64,000 nucleotides of DNA from contig NC_091284.1 in the NCBI RefSeq assembly GCF_032444005.1, positions 665,012,001 through 665,076,000 on the forward strand, written 5' to 3'. Below are positions 49,276 to 59,524 of the stretch, one piece after another. A program made the translations under genes and the position numbers. The first letter of the stretch is position 1. Every line of letters begins with the position of its first letter. The notes beneath the pieces are model-generated. The model was given only the letters and a program-made list of their open reading frames with translations. It had not been told where the DNA came from and did no database searches. The DNA comes from Ranitomeya imitator (lineage: Eukaryota).

Positions 49276-50367
49276 TTAGCCATACAATGCATCTCTCCCC
49301 TCCCTCCATAATGCCTGGTTATTCACTGCAGAGCTGGAGCTCCTTCTTGTCTTCTTGAGGGATGAATCCCAGACAGCTCCTAATGCTGCTCCATGCACAC
49401 CACAAGTCTTCACTCTTCTTGGGTCCAGATTCTGCTGAGTCCACTGTCTTCTGCGCCTCTGTAAACACGCTGTGCCTCTGATGCAGTAACTGCTGGTGAC
49501 AGCAGGTCACAGGGCAGTCACACACAAAATGGTGCTGCCCTGTGATGCTGCTCTTCATTCTTACTGTTGGGCAGTAACTGCTGACATCACCATTTCCCTC
49601 CCCTTTTGGGTGGTCTAATATCCCTGGGGCAGAGCTGCTAAATCTTACTGTAGCTGCTTGAGGTCTAAAACGGAAAATGCTCCCCCTAGTGGTAAATATG
49701 TATATTTGTAGAAAAATATATAATATTTTTCATATAGAAATGTTTGCAAACAGTGCAAACATTGCATTAATACATTTTAATTACTATTTTAAGCTTAATT
49801 TCACAAAAAAACAAAATACAAGAAAACTGGTGGCACCTTCCCTTTAAACTACATCATAAATTTTGTGCAAGTCATGAAATATATATATATTTTTTTTAGT
49901 GCAAATTATGACCGAATTTTGGCTCATCTGGCTTCATCAATATTTTATTTTGCTTCATTGCAGTCTTGTAAGACATTGCATCACAAACTTACCATTTATG
50001 CTAACTGCATTAATAGGAAATAGGGATCTATTGAGAGTTTCTTGCAGTTATTGCACAAGATCAACACTTGGATTTTTGTGGTAGTAATATTGCAGATGCA
50101 TTATATTGTGAGCCTGCGTATATTGAATTGCCATGGAGCTCTGGCCTAAACAGAGATCTAATATTGCTCACCCGGCACTAAAATCACAGAACAGAAAGTG
50201 ATAGACAAGCCGGCAAGTAAAAAACAAAACTCTATAAAAGCCATCCTGACACGCTGTGGTTTATAGGCCAAAGTCCATTAAAGTTTAAAGTCCTTCTGCA
50301 TGTAAAAAGTATAAATAAAAACACTGAAGGATTGAAGTAACTTAGTACTTAACCTATTAGACCTTAA

Positions 50368-50666
50368 GGTTGAGTGCACACGCTGCGGATTCCACTGCGG
50401 TTTTTACTGAGGATTTACCGCGGTTTCTTTTGCAGTTTCCTCTGCGAGTTTTCACCTGCAGATTTCTATTGGAGCAGGGGCAAACCCGCAGCGGAATCCG
50501 CAGAAAGAATTGACATGCTGCGGAAAATAAACCGCTGCGTTTCCGCGCGTTTTTTTCCGCAGCATGTGCACTGTGGATTTCATTTCCCATTGCTTTACAT
50601 GGTACTGTAAATGCATGGGAAACTGCTGCGGATCCGCAGCAAAATCCGCAGCGTGTGCACATACCC
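50368..50666. mobile_element. Harbinger-like MITE
   Basis: GGTTGAGTGCACACGCTGCGGAT / ATCCGCAGCGTGTGCACATACCC; TAA flanks. Confidence 0.75.
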
Positions 50667-51564
50667 TAAACAGCAGAGTCTGACTTACCTTCCCACTGGA
50701 CATTTCCTCTGTGGACCTCTCACATTAGAAATGCTGCAGCAAGATGGGTTGCTTTGTATACTGCTAAGATGATGGTGCTAAATCTGCAGGCTTCTCATTT
50801 CTGAAAGGGATTATGCCCTGATGAAAATGTTATGGAGATGTTGAACAGCAGGAGGTGTTGATTGGATTGACAAACATTTTTGTAGCAAGAGTGTCAGAAA
50901 ACCATTTTATTAATTCTTGTATGTACAAGTCAAGTGGGCGGTCCTATTCAGTGATGACCGTCTTCCCTCCATGACTGTGCATGCAGAGTTAGCCGTCAGT
51001 CATTAGTAGGACCTCCCTGGTGACCCATGCAGACACACACCAGGGATTGCAATCAATAAAATACAAGTTATGCTGAATTTTTCCCCACAAATCTAAAGAT
51101 CTTTCTGCTCAGTTTCTCCTTTTTCTCTACCGGGCAATTCACAGATAATGCTGTCTGCATGTACAACGTGACAAGTTCCCTTTAATATCAGCTAAGTGGC
51201 GCTGGTAGTGTAAAACACAGCAGATTCTCCATCTGGAAAATCCACTATGTTTGCACCCCCTGAGCATATCGCCGCACACCGGAAAAGCTACTAATCTGCG
51301 TTTTTCCTGAATTTATCCCCTTAAGTGCAAAAAGGACAACGTGACTGTGGCCTAATAAACTGGCTATTTACACATTTATTTTAGTCCCTGTTTTTTTTTT
51401 TTTCTTATCAATGACATTATAGCTCAATGGACCTTTGCCCTATGAACTGGTTGTTTATCTGTGTGAGGCTGTGTAATGCTGCAATTAGCTATATTATACT
51501 GCTCTTTTCTTAATGAAATCTGTCAATAGGATCGTCCTTCCTAAGCAGTATATATGGGCATATA

Positions 51565-53200
51565 CAACCCCTGGCAAAAATTATGGAATCACTGGCCTCG
51601 AGGATGTTCATTCAGTTGTTGAATTTTGTAGAAAAAAAAGCAGATCACAGACACTGCACAAAACTATAATCATTTCAAATGACAACTTTCTGGCTTTAAG
51701 AATCACTAAAAGAAATCAAGAACAAAAAATGTAGTAGTCAGTAATGGTTACTTTTTTTTTAGCCAAGCATAGGGGAAAAATAATGGAATCACTCAATTCT
51801 GAGGAAAAAGAATCACCCTGTAAATATTAATTCCCAAAACTAACACCTGCATCAAATTAGATCTGCGCGTTAGTCTGCATCTAAAACGGAGTGATCACAC
51901 CTTGGAGAGTTGTTGCACCAAGTGGACCGACATGAATCATGGCTCCAACACGGGAGATGTCAATTGAAACAAAGGAGAGGATTATCGAACTTTTAAAAGA
52001 GGGTAAATCATCACGCAATGTTGCAAAAAATGTTGGTTGTTCACAGTCAGCTGTGTCTAAAATCTGGACCAAATACAAACAACATGGGAAGGTTGTTAAA
52101 GGCAAACATACTGGTAGACCAAGGCAGACATCAAAGCGTCAAGGCCAGAAACTTAAAGCAATGGGATTTACATATAGAAAAGCTAAACTAAAAAGATAAT
52201 TTTAAAGGAAATGGGATTTACATGCAGAAAAGCTAAACGAAAGCCATCATTAGCACCTAAACAGAAAAAACAAGGTTACAATGGGCTAAGGATAAGCATA
52301 TAAGCAATCGTGGACTGTCGATGACTGGATTAAAATCATAATCTGTGATGAATCGCAAATCTACATTGGACAAGGTGATGATGCTGGAGCTTTTGTTTGG
52401 TGTCGTTCCAATGAGATTTATAAAGATGACTGCCTCAAGGGAACATGCAAATTTCCACAGTCATTGATGATATGGGTTTGCATGTCAGGTAAAGGCGCTG
52501 GGGAGATGGCTGTCATTACATCTTCAATAAATGCACAAGTTTGTTGATATTTTGGACACTTTTCATATCCCTTCAATTGGAAGGATGTTTGAGGATGATG
52601 AAATCATTTTGCAAGATGATAATGCATCCTGCCATAGAGCAAAAACTGTGAAAACATTCCTTGAAAAAAGACACATAAGGTCAATGTCACGGCCTGCAAA
52701 TAGTCCGGATCTCAATCCAATTGAAAATCTTTGGTGGAAGTTGAAGAAAATGGTCCACGACAAGGCTCCAACCTGCAAAGCTGATCTGGCAACAGCAATC
52801 AGAGAAAGTTGGAGCCAGATTGATGAAGAGTACTGTGTGACACTCATTCAGTCCATGCCTCAGAGACTGCAAGCTGTTATAAAATCCAGAGATGGTGCAA
52901 CAAAATACTAGTGATGTTTTGGAGTGTTTTGTTTGTTTGTTTTTCATGATTCCATAATTTTTTCCTCAGAATTGAGTGACTCCATAATTTTTCCCCTATG
53001 CTTGGTTAAAAAAAGCAACCATTACTGACTACTACATTTTTTGTTCTTGATTTCTTTTAGTGCTTCTTAAAGCCAGAAAGTTGCCATTTGAAATGACTTT
53101 AGTTTTGTGCCATGTCTGTGATCTGCTTTTTTTATCTACGAAATTTAACAGAATGAACATCCTCCAAGGCCGGTGATTCCATATTTTTTGCCAGGAGTTG
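51565..53200 (+). mobile_element. Tc1-family DNA transposon (1636 bp), disabled
   Basis: TA TSD; ~250-bp TIRs beginning CAACCCCTGGCAAAAATTATGGAATC; internal direct repeats. Confidence 0.92.
51939..52911 (+). pseudogene. Tc1 transposase, DD34E, frameshifted
   Basis: HTH followed by GRPR; CDES near 52345; QDDNASCH ... SPDLNPIENLW with exactly 34 residues between D and E; disrupted near 52150-52330. Confidence 0.9.
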
Positions 53201-54176
53201 TAGGTCATAGGAAGCTGCATACAGTGATACCTTGATATCTGCGATCCGATGTCTTATTTCAGAGAAATCAAACTTTTCCTTAAGGGTATGTGCACATGAT
53301 CTGTAATAGTGGTATTCAGAGTGCTCTTTTAATTTTGTGATATAAGATTTACAAGACTGTGTGTTCAAAATATTCATTTCTCGGTCTCCCATGACAGCAC
53401 TACGGAGAGAGGGGATCCGCCCTTCAGGGACAGGAAACCTACAGATAAAAGGGCGGTACCTCTCCCTCGCATCAGTTGGTTTCCTGTCCCTGAACAGGGA
53501 ACCTCTTTTCGGTGGTACCTGTTAGGAAGACCGATGGACCGGGACCGGGCGGTCGGGTACCGGCATCGAGGAGACTCCTGCCGCGGCTTGTCCGGCTCCC
53601 GAAGCCGCCACCGCTGGAACCGAGGGGTTCTTCAGGGTGAGCGGAGGGAGAACGCCGCCGATTCGGATCGATGAAGGGGCGCTGGATCACCCGGAGCTCC
53701 TGTGCCGGTAAGCGCACGCTCCGGGTGTACTAAGATGGCCGCCGCTCCGGAAATGCGGCTGGACTTCCGGGTCATCGCCGCGCGCATGCGAGGTAGCTTC
53801 TTTCTCCAGGGAGGATGTGACGCAGGACCGGAAGTGCGGGGAACGCCGGGGGTGGCGCCAATTACAAATAGGGAGATAGTGCTCACTTAGTTGTCGCACT
53901 ATCTCCCTGTAAATCATGGAAGACAGCGATCCACAGGAGCTGCAGCCGAGGCAGCAGCACCATAAGAAGACAGACCCTAAGAGCGCCAGGAGTGGGTCTA
54001 GCAGCCGTTCTACACAGCGCAGCAGATCTGCTGCGAAGACTAATTCACCTCCTCGGGTACCTTCCCTTCCAGACCCAGGGCCCCCTCCAGAACCGGTACC
54101 TGCCTGCACGTCCGAATGGTGAGTGATCTTCGTGAATGTGTATATTATAATGGGGCTCCCTCTTCTCCCTTAATAG

Positions 54177-55406
54177 GGAAAGAAGAAGTTGGAGAAAAGG
54201 AAAAACAAATCCTGCCCCATCTGTGACAAAGCTTTACCAGTAGCCTGGGACAAAAAGCTTTGCAAATCATGTATCCAGCGTGTGCTATGTGAGGAGACTC
54301 CCGACTTTGCATCTGAACTAAAAAACATAATTATATCTGAGGTTCAGAATGCTGTATCTTCCTCCAAAAAAGGAAAAGATAAAATAAAGGAAGCAGTACA
54401 TTCCCACTCTGTCCGATCCTCATCTGAAGACGCAGATTCGGACGTTTCTGACTCCTCCCTATCCTCCTCCGAGGAAGATTCGGGCCGACATTGTTTCCCA
54501 CTCAAGGAAGTGGATACCTTAGTGAGAGCCGTTAGGGCTACTATGGGGGTTGAGGAGCCTAAACCTGACAAAACGGCCTAAGATGTAATGTTTGGTGGTT
54601 TGGGACCAAAAAAGCGGAAAACCTTTCCTCTAAATCCCAATGTCCAATCTCTAATCAAAAAAGAATGGGAGAAACCAGATAGGAGAAACTCTTCGGTGCC
54701 CTCGCTTAAAAGAAAGTATCCCTTCGAAGATGACGCATCCACTTCCTGGGATAAGGCACCAAAATTGGATGTAGCGGTGGCAAAGGCCTTGAAAAAATTT
54801 GCGCTCCCGTTCGAGGACATGGGTACCCTCAGAGACCCTTTAGATAAGAAAGCAGACACATTTCTTAAAGGGGCATGGGAATCGGCTGGGGGTAGCTTGA
54901 GGCCTGCTGTTGCGGCGACCTGCACCTCCAGATCTCTGATGGTGTGGATTGACCAATTAGAAAATCAAATTAGAGATGGGCTACCCAGAAATAAATTACT
55001 GGATTCTATCCCTGCAATTAGAGCAGCAGCAGCATTCCTGGCGGACTCCTCGGCAGACTCCGTACGTCTAACATCTAAGGCCGCTGCTCTCTCCAACGCA
55101 GCCAGAAGAACCTTATGGCTCCAGAGCTGGCCTGGAGACCTCCAGACAAAGCTAAAGCTATGTTCTATTCCATGTGAAGGAAATTTTCTGTTTGGAGAGA
55201 CCCTGGATGACATCCTCCAAAAAGCGGGAGACAAAAAGAAGGGGTTTCCAAATTTAGGTCCAGCCCCATTCAGGCAGTCCTTTCGGAATCGGAGATTTTT
55301 CCGCCGCAGACCCCCCAGGGAGCAGAATAAATGGGAAGAAGGCAGGAGAAGGGATAGAGGTTACCTCTTTGGCAATACCTCTCGCGACAAAAAACCCTCC
55401 AAATGA
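54177..55406 (+). pseudogene. DIRS gag-like ORF1 with one in-frame TAA (54579-54581)
   Basis: N-terminal CPIC-x13-CKSC zinc motif; the 54189 and 54588 ORFs share a frame; W.KPD...YPF...W..PKLD.AVA pattern of vertebrate DIRS Gag / LAP2alpha-like domain. Confidence 0.85.
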
Positions 55407-57306
55407 CATTTTTCCTACGGTGGGGGGAAGACTCACATCATTCCTTCCCGCCTGGAAGAAAATATCCAACAACATCTGGATTCTAAACATCATACAGTAC
55501 GGTCTAAAAATAGATTTTGTTTCTTTTCCTCCCCGGAATTACATAGAAACGAAAATAAGATCCTCGGCAGCAGAACAAGCAGCTTTAGAGAAAGAAATTA
55601 TTTCCCTACTGCAAAAATCTATGATTCAAGAAATCTCCCCTCAGGAAATAGGAGAAGGTTTTTTTTCTCCCCTCTTTTTTTTAGTACCAAAACCCGACGG
55701 GTCCTTTCGGACCATTATAAATCTAAAAAACCTAAACAAATACGTAAGAAATCACAAATTCAAAATGAAAACAATAAAGTCCACCATAAAAATCCTGTTT
55801 CCGAATTGCTACATGGTCGTGATAGACCTAACCGACGCATATTATCATGTGCCCATCCACGATCAATCTCAAAAATTCCTAAGATTGGCAGTTCCCATAA
55901 AAGGGCAATTAAGGTTTTTCCAGTACAGAGCTCTTCCGTTCGGGATCTATATAGCTCCTCGAATATTCACGAAGATAATAGCGGAAATGATGGCCCACAT
56001 AAGGGAACAAAATATATTAATAGTCCCTTACCTAGATGACTTTCTCATTGTAAGCAACTCGGCTCAAAGTTGCAGAGAACAGAGAGACCGAGTAATGACT
56101 ATTTTGACGGACTTGGGGTGGCTCATAACCATAAAAAAATCAAAGTTGGAACCCTGTCGGGTACAGGAGTTCCTAGGTCTGACATTAGACTCCCGAGTCC
56201 AAGAATGTCGACTTCCAGACCCCAAAAAAGACAACATATTAGCCATGATAGCACGAACATTTCACCATCCTTCCATGACTCTAAGGAGAGCAATGTCGCT
56301 ACTAGGCTCTCTGTCCTCATGCCTACCAGCGATACCCTTAACACAATTCCACACAAGGGAGCTTCAGTGGCACATACTAGAATGGCAGTCAGTACTAAAG
56401 AACAACTTGGAAAGTCGAATTACTCTAAATTCCTCAGTTATTCATTCCCTTCGTTGGTGGGGGGAAAGCCAAAACTTATCAAGGGGAGTTCCTTGGGTGA
56501 CAAAAATATCCCGGGTAATAACAACCGATGCGAGTCCCAGAGGGTGGGGGGCTCACATGAGGGACAGAGTGGCTCAGGGAACCTGGTCAGTTCAGGAACT
56601 ATCAGCATCCTCAAACCAAAAAGAACTTTGGGCAGTGCTTCAGGCTCTTCTTTCTTTTCTGACCTATATTCAGGGACATCATGTCCGAATTTTTTCGGAC
56701 AACAAAGTGACTGTAGCGTATATAATCCACCAGGGAGGAACAAGGTCTCGGGCACTCATGAGTTCTTCTGCCAAAATTTTCAACCTTACGGAAGAAAATC
56801 TACTATCCCTCTCTGTGCTACATATTCAGGGTTCAAACAACGAGAGAGCAGATTATCTGAGTCGATTTCAGTTAAAACAAGGCGAGTGGTCCCTAAACCA
56901 ATCCATCTACGATCAGATCACAGAAATGTGGGGAACACCGACAATAGATTTATTCGCCAATTCCAAAAACAAAAAGGTGAACAAATTCTGCTCACTGAAC
57001 CCGGAAGGGAATCCACAGGCTCTAGATGCCTTTATGATTCCATGGACTCAAAAATTGACTTATGCTTTTCCTCCAACTATTCTGATCCCGGCAGTCATTC
57101 GGAAAGTCAGAGAGGACAAAACGAAAATGATCCTTATAGCCCCGTTCTGGCCAAAAAGGACGTGGTTCTCCTGGCTGAGGATGCTATCAGTCTCGGACCC
57201 ATGGGTCCTACCGAATATACCAGACCTTCTACATCAAGGGCCGATCTTCCACCCACAGGAATCGAACTTACATTTGACAGCCTGGCTTTTGAACGGGGAC
57301 TATTAA
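55369..57306 (+). CDS. DIRS pol: reverse transcriptase, RNase H, methyltransferase-like domain
   Basis: VGGRL, DLTDAY, LPFG, YLDD; TTDAS, KEL, SDN, ADYLSR; DLFA and YAFPP; 645 open codons. Confidence 0.93.
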   Translation: MAIPLATKNPPNDIFPTVGGRLTSFLPAWKKISNNIWILNIIQYGLKIDFVSFPPRNYIETKIRSSAAEQAALEKEIISLLQKSMIQEISPQEIGEGFFSPLFFLVPKPDGSFRTIINLKNLNKYVRNHKFKMKTIKSTIKILFPNCYMVVIDLTDAYYHVPIHDQSQKFLRLAVPIKGQLRFFQYRALPFGIYIAPRIFTKIIAEMMAHIREQNILIVPYLDDFLIVSNSAQSCREQRDRVMTILTDLGWLITIKKSKLEPCRVQEFLGLTLDSRVQECRLPDPKKDNILAMIARTFHHPSMTLRRAMSLLGSLSSCLPAIPLTQFHTRELQWHILEWQSVLKNNLESRITLNSSVIHSLRWWGESQNLSRGVPWVTKISRVITTDASPRGWGAHMRDRVAQGTWSVQELSASSNQKELWAVLQALLSFLTYIQGHHVRIFSDNKVTVAYIIHQGGTRSRALMSSSAKIFNLTEENLLSLSVLHIQGSNNERADYLSRFQLKQGEWSLNQSIYDQITEMWGTPTIDLFANSKNKKVNKFCSLNPEGNPQALDAFMIPWTQKLTYAFPPTILIPAVIRKVREDKTKMILIAPFWPKRTWFSWLRMLSVSDPWVLPNIPDLLHQGPIFHPQESNLHLTAWLLNGDY

Positions 57307-58316
57307 AAGAAAGAGGTTTTTCAGACAACTTAGTCACCACGTTGTTAAAAAGTAGAAAACCCATCACTACTAGAATATATGGGAAAACATGGAAAAAATT
57401 TCTGTCCGTCTCCAAAGTAAAAGTCCAAGATGGGCCCTCAATTCCTAAAATACTTGAGTTCCTACAAAAAGGTCTGGAACAGGGGTTGTCGGTTAGTACT
57501 CTTAAGGTACAAATAGCAGCTCTAGGAGCACTCTATAATCATAATATTGCGGCCAACCCATGGATAATCAGATTTATTAAGGCAGTAACAAGATCAAAGC
57601 CCTTAGTTTCTCAAAAAGTGCCCTCATGGGACTTAAATTTAGTCCTCTCGGCGTTAACGGGTCCTCCATTCGAACCCATAGAGACGATTCCCATTAAAAT
57701 ATTATCACTTAAAACTATTCTCTTGGTAGCGTTAACATCTGCACGCAGAATAAGTGACATTCAAGCCTTATCCTCCAATCCACCTTTCACTAAAATATTA
57801 GATGATAGAGTCACTCTTAGACCTGACCCGGCCTATTTGCTAAAAGTGGCATCAAAATTCCATAGGTCACAAGAAGTATCCCTGCCATCCTTTTGTCCAA
57901 ACCCAAAAAATGAGAAAGAGCAGAACTTCCATAATCTAGACGTCAGAAGATGCCTAATCCAATACTTGGATTCCACCAGAGAGTATAGGAAGGAAGGCTC
58001 TCTGTTTGTCTGTTTTCAGGGTCCCAGAAAAGGATTTCGGGCATCCAAGGGTACTTTGGCGAGGTGGATAAAGGAGGCGATAGTCTTGGCATATTCATCC
58101 TCGGGGAATGAGATCCAAGATGGTATAAGAGCACATTCCACAAGAGCAGTAGCTACCTCATGGGCTGAGAGGTCAGAGGTATCGATAGAGCAAATCTGTA
58201 AAGCGGCCACCTGGTCATCACCATCGACCTTTTTTAGACACTATAGATTAAATCTAGCCTCTGTGTCTGACTTAACCTTCGGACGAAGGGTTCTCGAGGC
58301 GGTGGTCCCTCCCTAA
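56070..58316 (+). CDS. DIRS ORF3 ending in a tyrosine recombinase
   Basis: Catalytic motifs TSARRISD (R), HSTR (H-x-x-R), ATW and FRHY (Y); overlaps pol by 1237 nt in another frame. Confidence 0.92.
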   Translation: MQRTERPSNDYFDGLGVAHNHKKIKVGTLSGTGVPRSDIRLPSPRMSTSRPQKRQHISHDSTNISPSFHDSKESNVATRLSVLMPTSDTLNTIPHKGASVAHTRMAVSTKEQLGKSNYSKFLSYSFPSLVGGKPKLIKGSSLGDKNIPGNNNRCESQRVGGSHEGQSGSGNLVSSGTISILKPKRTLGSASGSSFFSDLYSGTSCPNFFGQQSDCSVYNPPGRNKVSGTHEFFCQNFQPYGRKSTIPLCATYSGFKQRESRLSESISVKTRRVVPKPIHLRSDHRNVGNTDNRFIRQFQKQKGEQILLTEPGRESTGSRCLYDSMDSKIDLCFSSNYSDPGSHSESQRGQNENDPYSPVLAKKDVVLLAEDAISLGPMGPTEYTRPSTSRADLPPTGIELTFDSLAFERGLLKERGFSDNLVTTLLKSRKPITTRIYGKTWKKFLSVSKVKVQDGPSIPKILEFLQKGLEQGLSVSTLKVQIAALGALYNHNIAANPWIIRFIKAVTRSKPLVSQKVPSWDLNLVLSALTGPPFEPIETIPIKILSLKTILLVALTSARRISDIQALSSNPPFTKILDDRVTLRPDPAYLLKVASKFHRSQEVSLPSFCPNPKNEKEQNFHNLDVRRCLIQYLDSTREYRKEGSLFVCFQGPRKGFRASKGTLARWIKEAIVLAYSSSGNEIQDGIRAHSTRAVATSWAERSEVSIEQICKAATWSSPSTFFRHYRLNLASVSDLTFGRRVLEAVVPP

Positions 58317-59524
58317 GCTTAGTCTCTGCAATTCTCTCCGTAGTGCTGTCATGGGAGACCGAGAAAGTCGTAGTTACTCACCGATAACGGTGTTTCTCGG
58401 AGCCCATGACGGCACTCGCTTATTCCCTCCCATCACGAGTGCGGTGAGCACCTTTAATTACATATAATTTATATAGTGTATATAGTATAAGTATAGGCAC
58501 GGGGTTCCTCTATTAAGAAATGTTATAATATGATTTTTTTCTCTGTTGTAAACTAACCTGGAGGTCCTCCGATGCTCTGTAAACCAACTGATGCGAGGGA
58601 GAGGTACCGCCCTTTTATCTGTAGGTTTCCTGTCCCTGAAGGGCGGATCCCCTCTCTCCATAGTGCTGTCATGGGCTCCGAGAAACACCGTTATCGGTGA
58701 GTAACTATGACTTTTGTGGTGTTTTTGATGTATTTATTTGGGTGCAGATTACATGTATGCTTTGTCTACAGGGCCGCGTTTTCTGCGGGAGAAGAGCTTT
58801 TCAGTGATACCATAATTTTTCTTATAAGTTTAACAATGACTGACATATTGGATCTACATTGAGGATATATGGTCCTAAAATACGGGACCAAAGAATGAGA
58901 GCGCTACCGCGACTCCACCTAATACATACAGCCTACAAGAGATCAGGAGTATACTCTCATTAATATAAATATAGAGAAATAGAGCCTAAAGTCTGAAAAT
59001 GATAGTATCAAAAGTGAATATTTATTAAACAACAGCTCATTAATAATACACAACGGCTAAAAGCCCAAATATACAAGCACATGACGAGAGGACAGGGGGG
59101 AAAAAACACATAAAACAACAGACCGCCGAAGGAGGTTCATCCCTATATGTTGGTACTAAGAGTGGGTTCAAAATATATAATCGGGCATCCCATAGTCCAA
59201 GAGTAATAACGTGGGGAGCCTACATATGTAAGTACCCTTACTAGTAACGGGCCTTTTCTTTCAGCCTGCCGAGGTCTCTCTTTCTCCCCCCCACATGGGT
59301 AAGCACTTGGCATGTTGGGTCTTATGAGTGAGGGGATTCTAGCGTTACTAGTCTGTTGTTTTACGTGTTGTGTAGGCTGTACATAATTTTTCTTATGCCT
59401 TTTTTTAATTCTTTTTAATGGTAATCAAATGAGGTATGGTACAGATCTTTTCATTTACTTCAGTTTTTACATTAAACAGCATTTTTAGTGGCCAAATATT
59501 TTTCTGTAATCTTTTTGTACTTTA

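Larger units (their letters stand above)
43671..49843. mobile_element. Kolobok/T2-like TTAA-flanked element enlarged to 6.2 kb by nested insertions
   Basis: TTAA+AGGGAAGGTACC ... GGCACCTTCCCT+TTAA (11/12 TIR match). Contains MITEs at 43904-45098, ~46864-48000 and 48798-49275. Confidence 0.6.
53377..58714 (+). mobile_element. Nearly intact DIRS1-like retrotransposon (5.3 kb)
   Basis: ITRs 53377 to ~53484 vs 58581-58685; ICR at 58334-58415; gag, pol and YR ORFs; TTT at both junctions. Confidence 0.96.

Noticed and set aside
53687-54109. 140-aa antisense ORF in the DIRS leader
   Set aside because: GC-rich, stop-poor sequence with no homology cues.
58860-59420. Possible second Penelope-like remnant
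   Set aside because: Only compositional resemblance; no hammerhead core or coding motif found.
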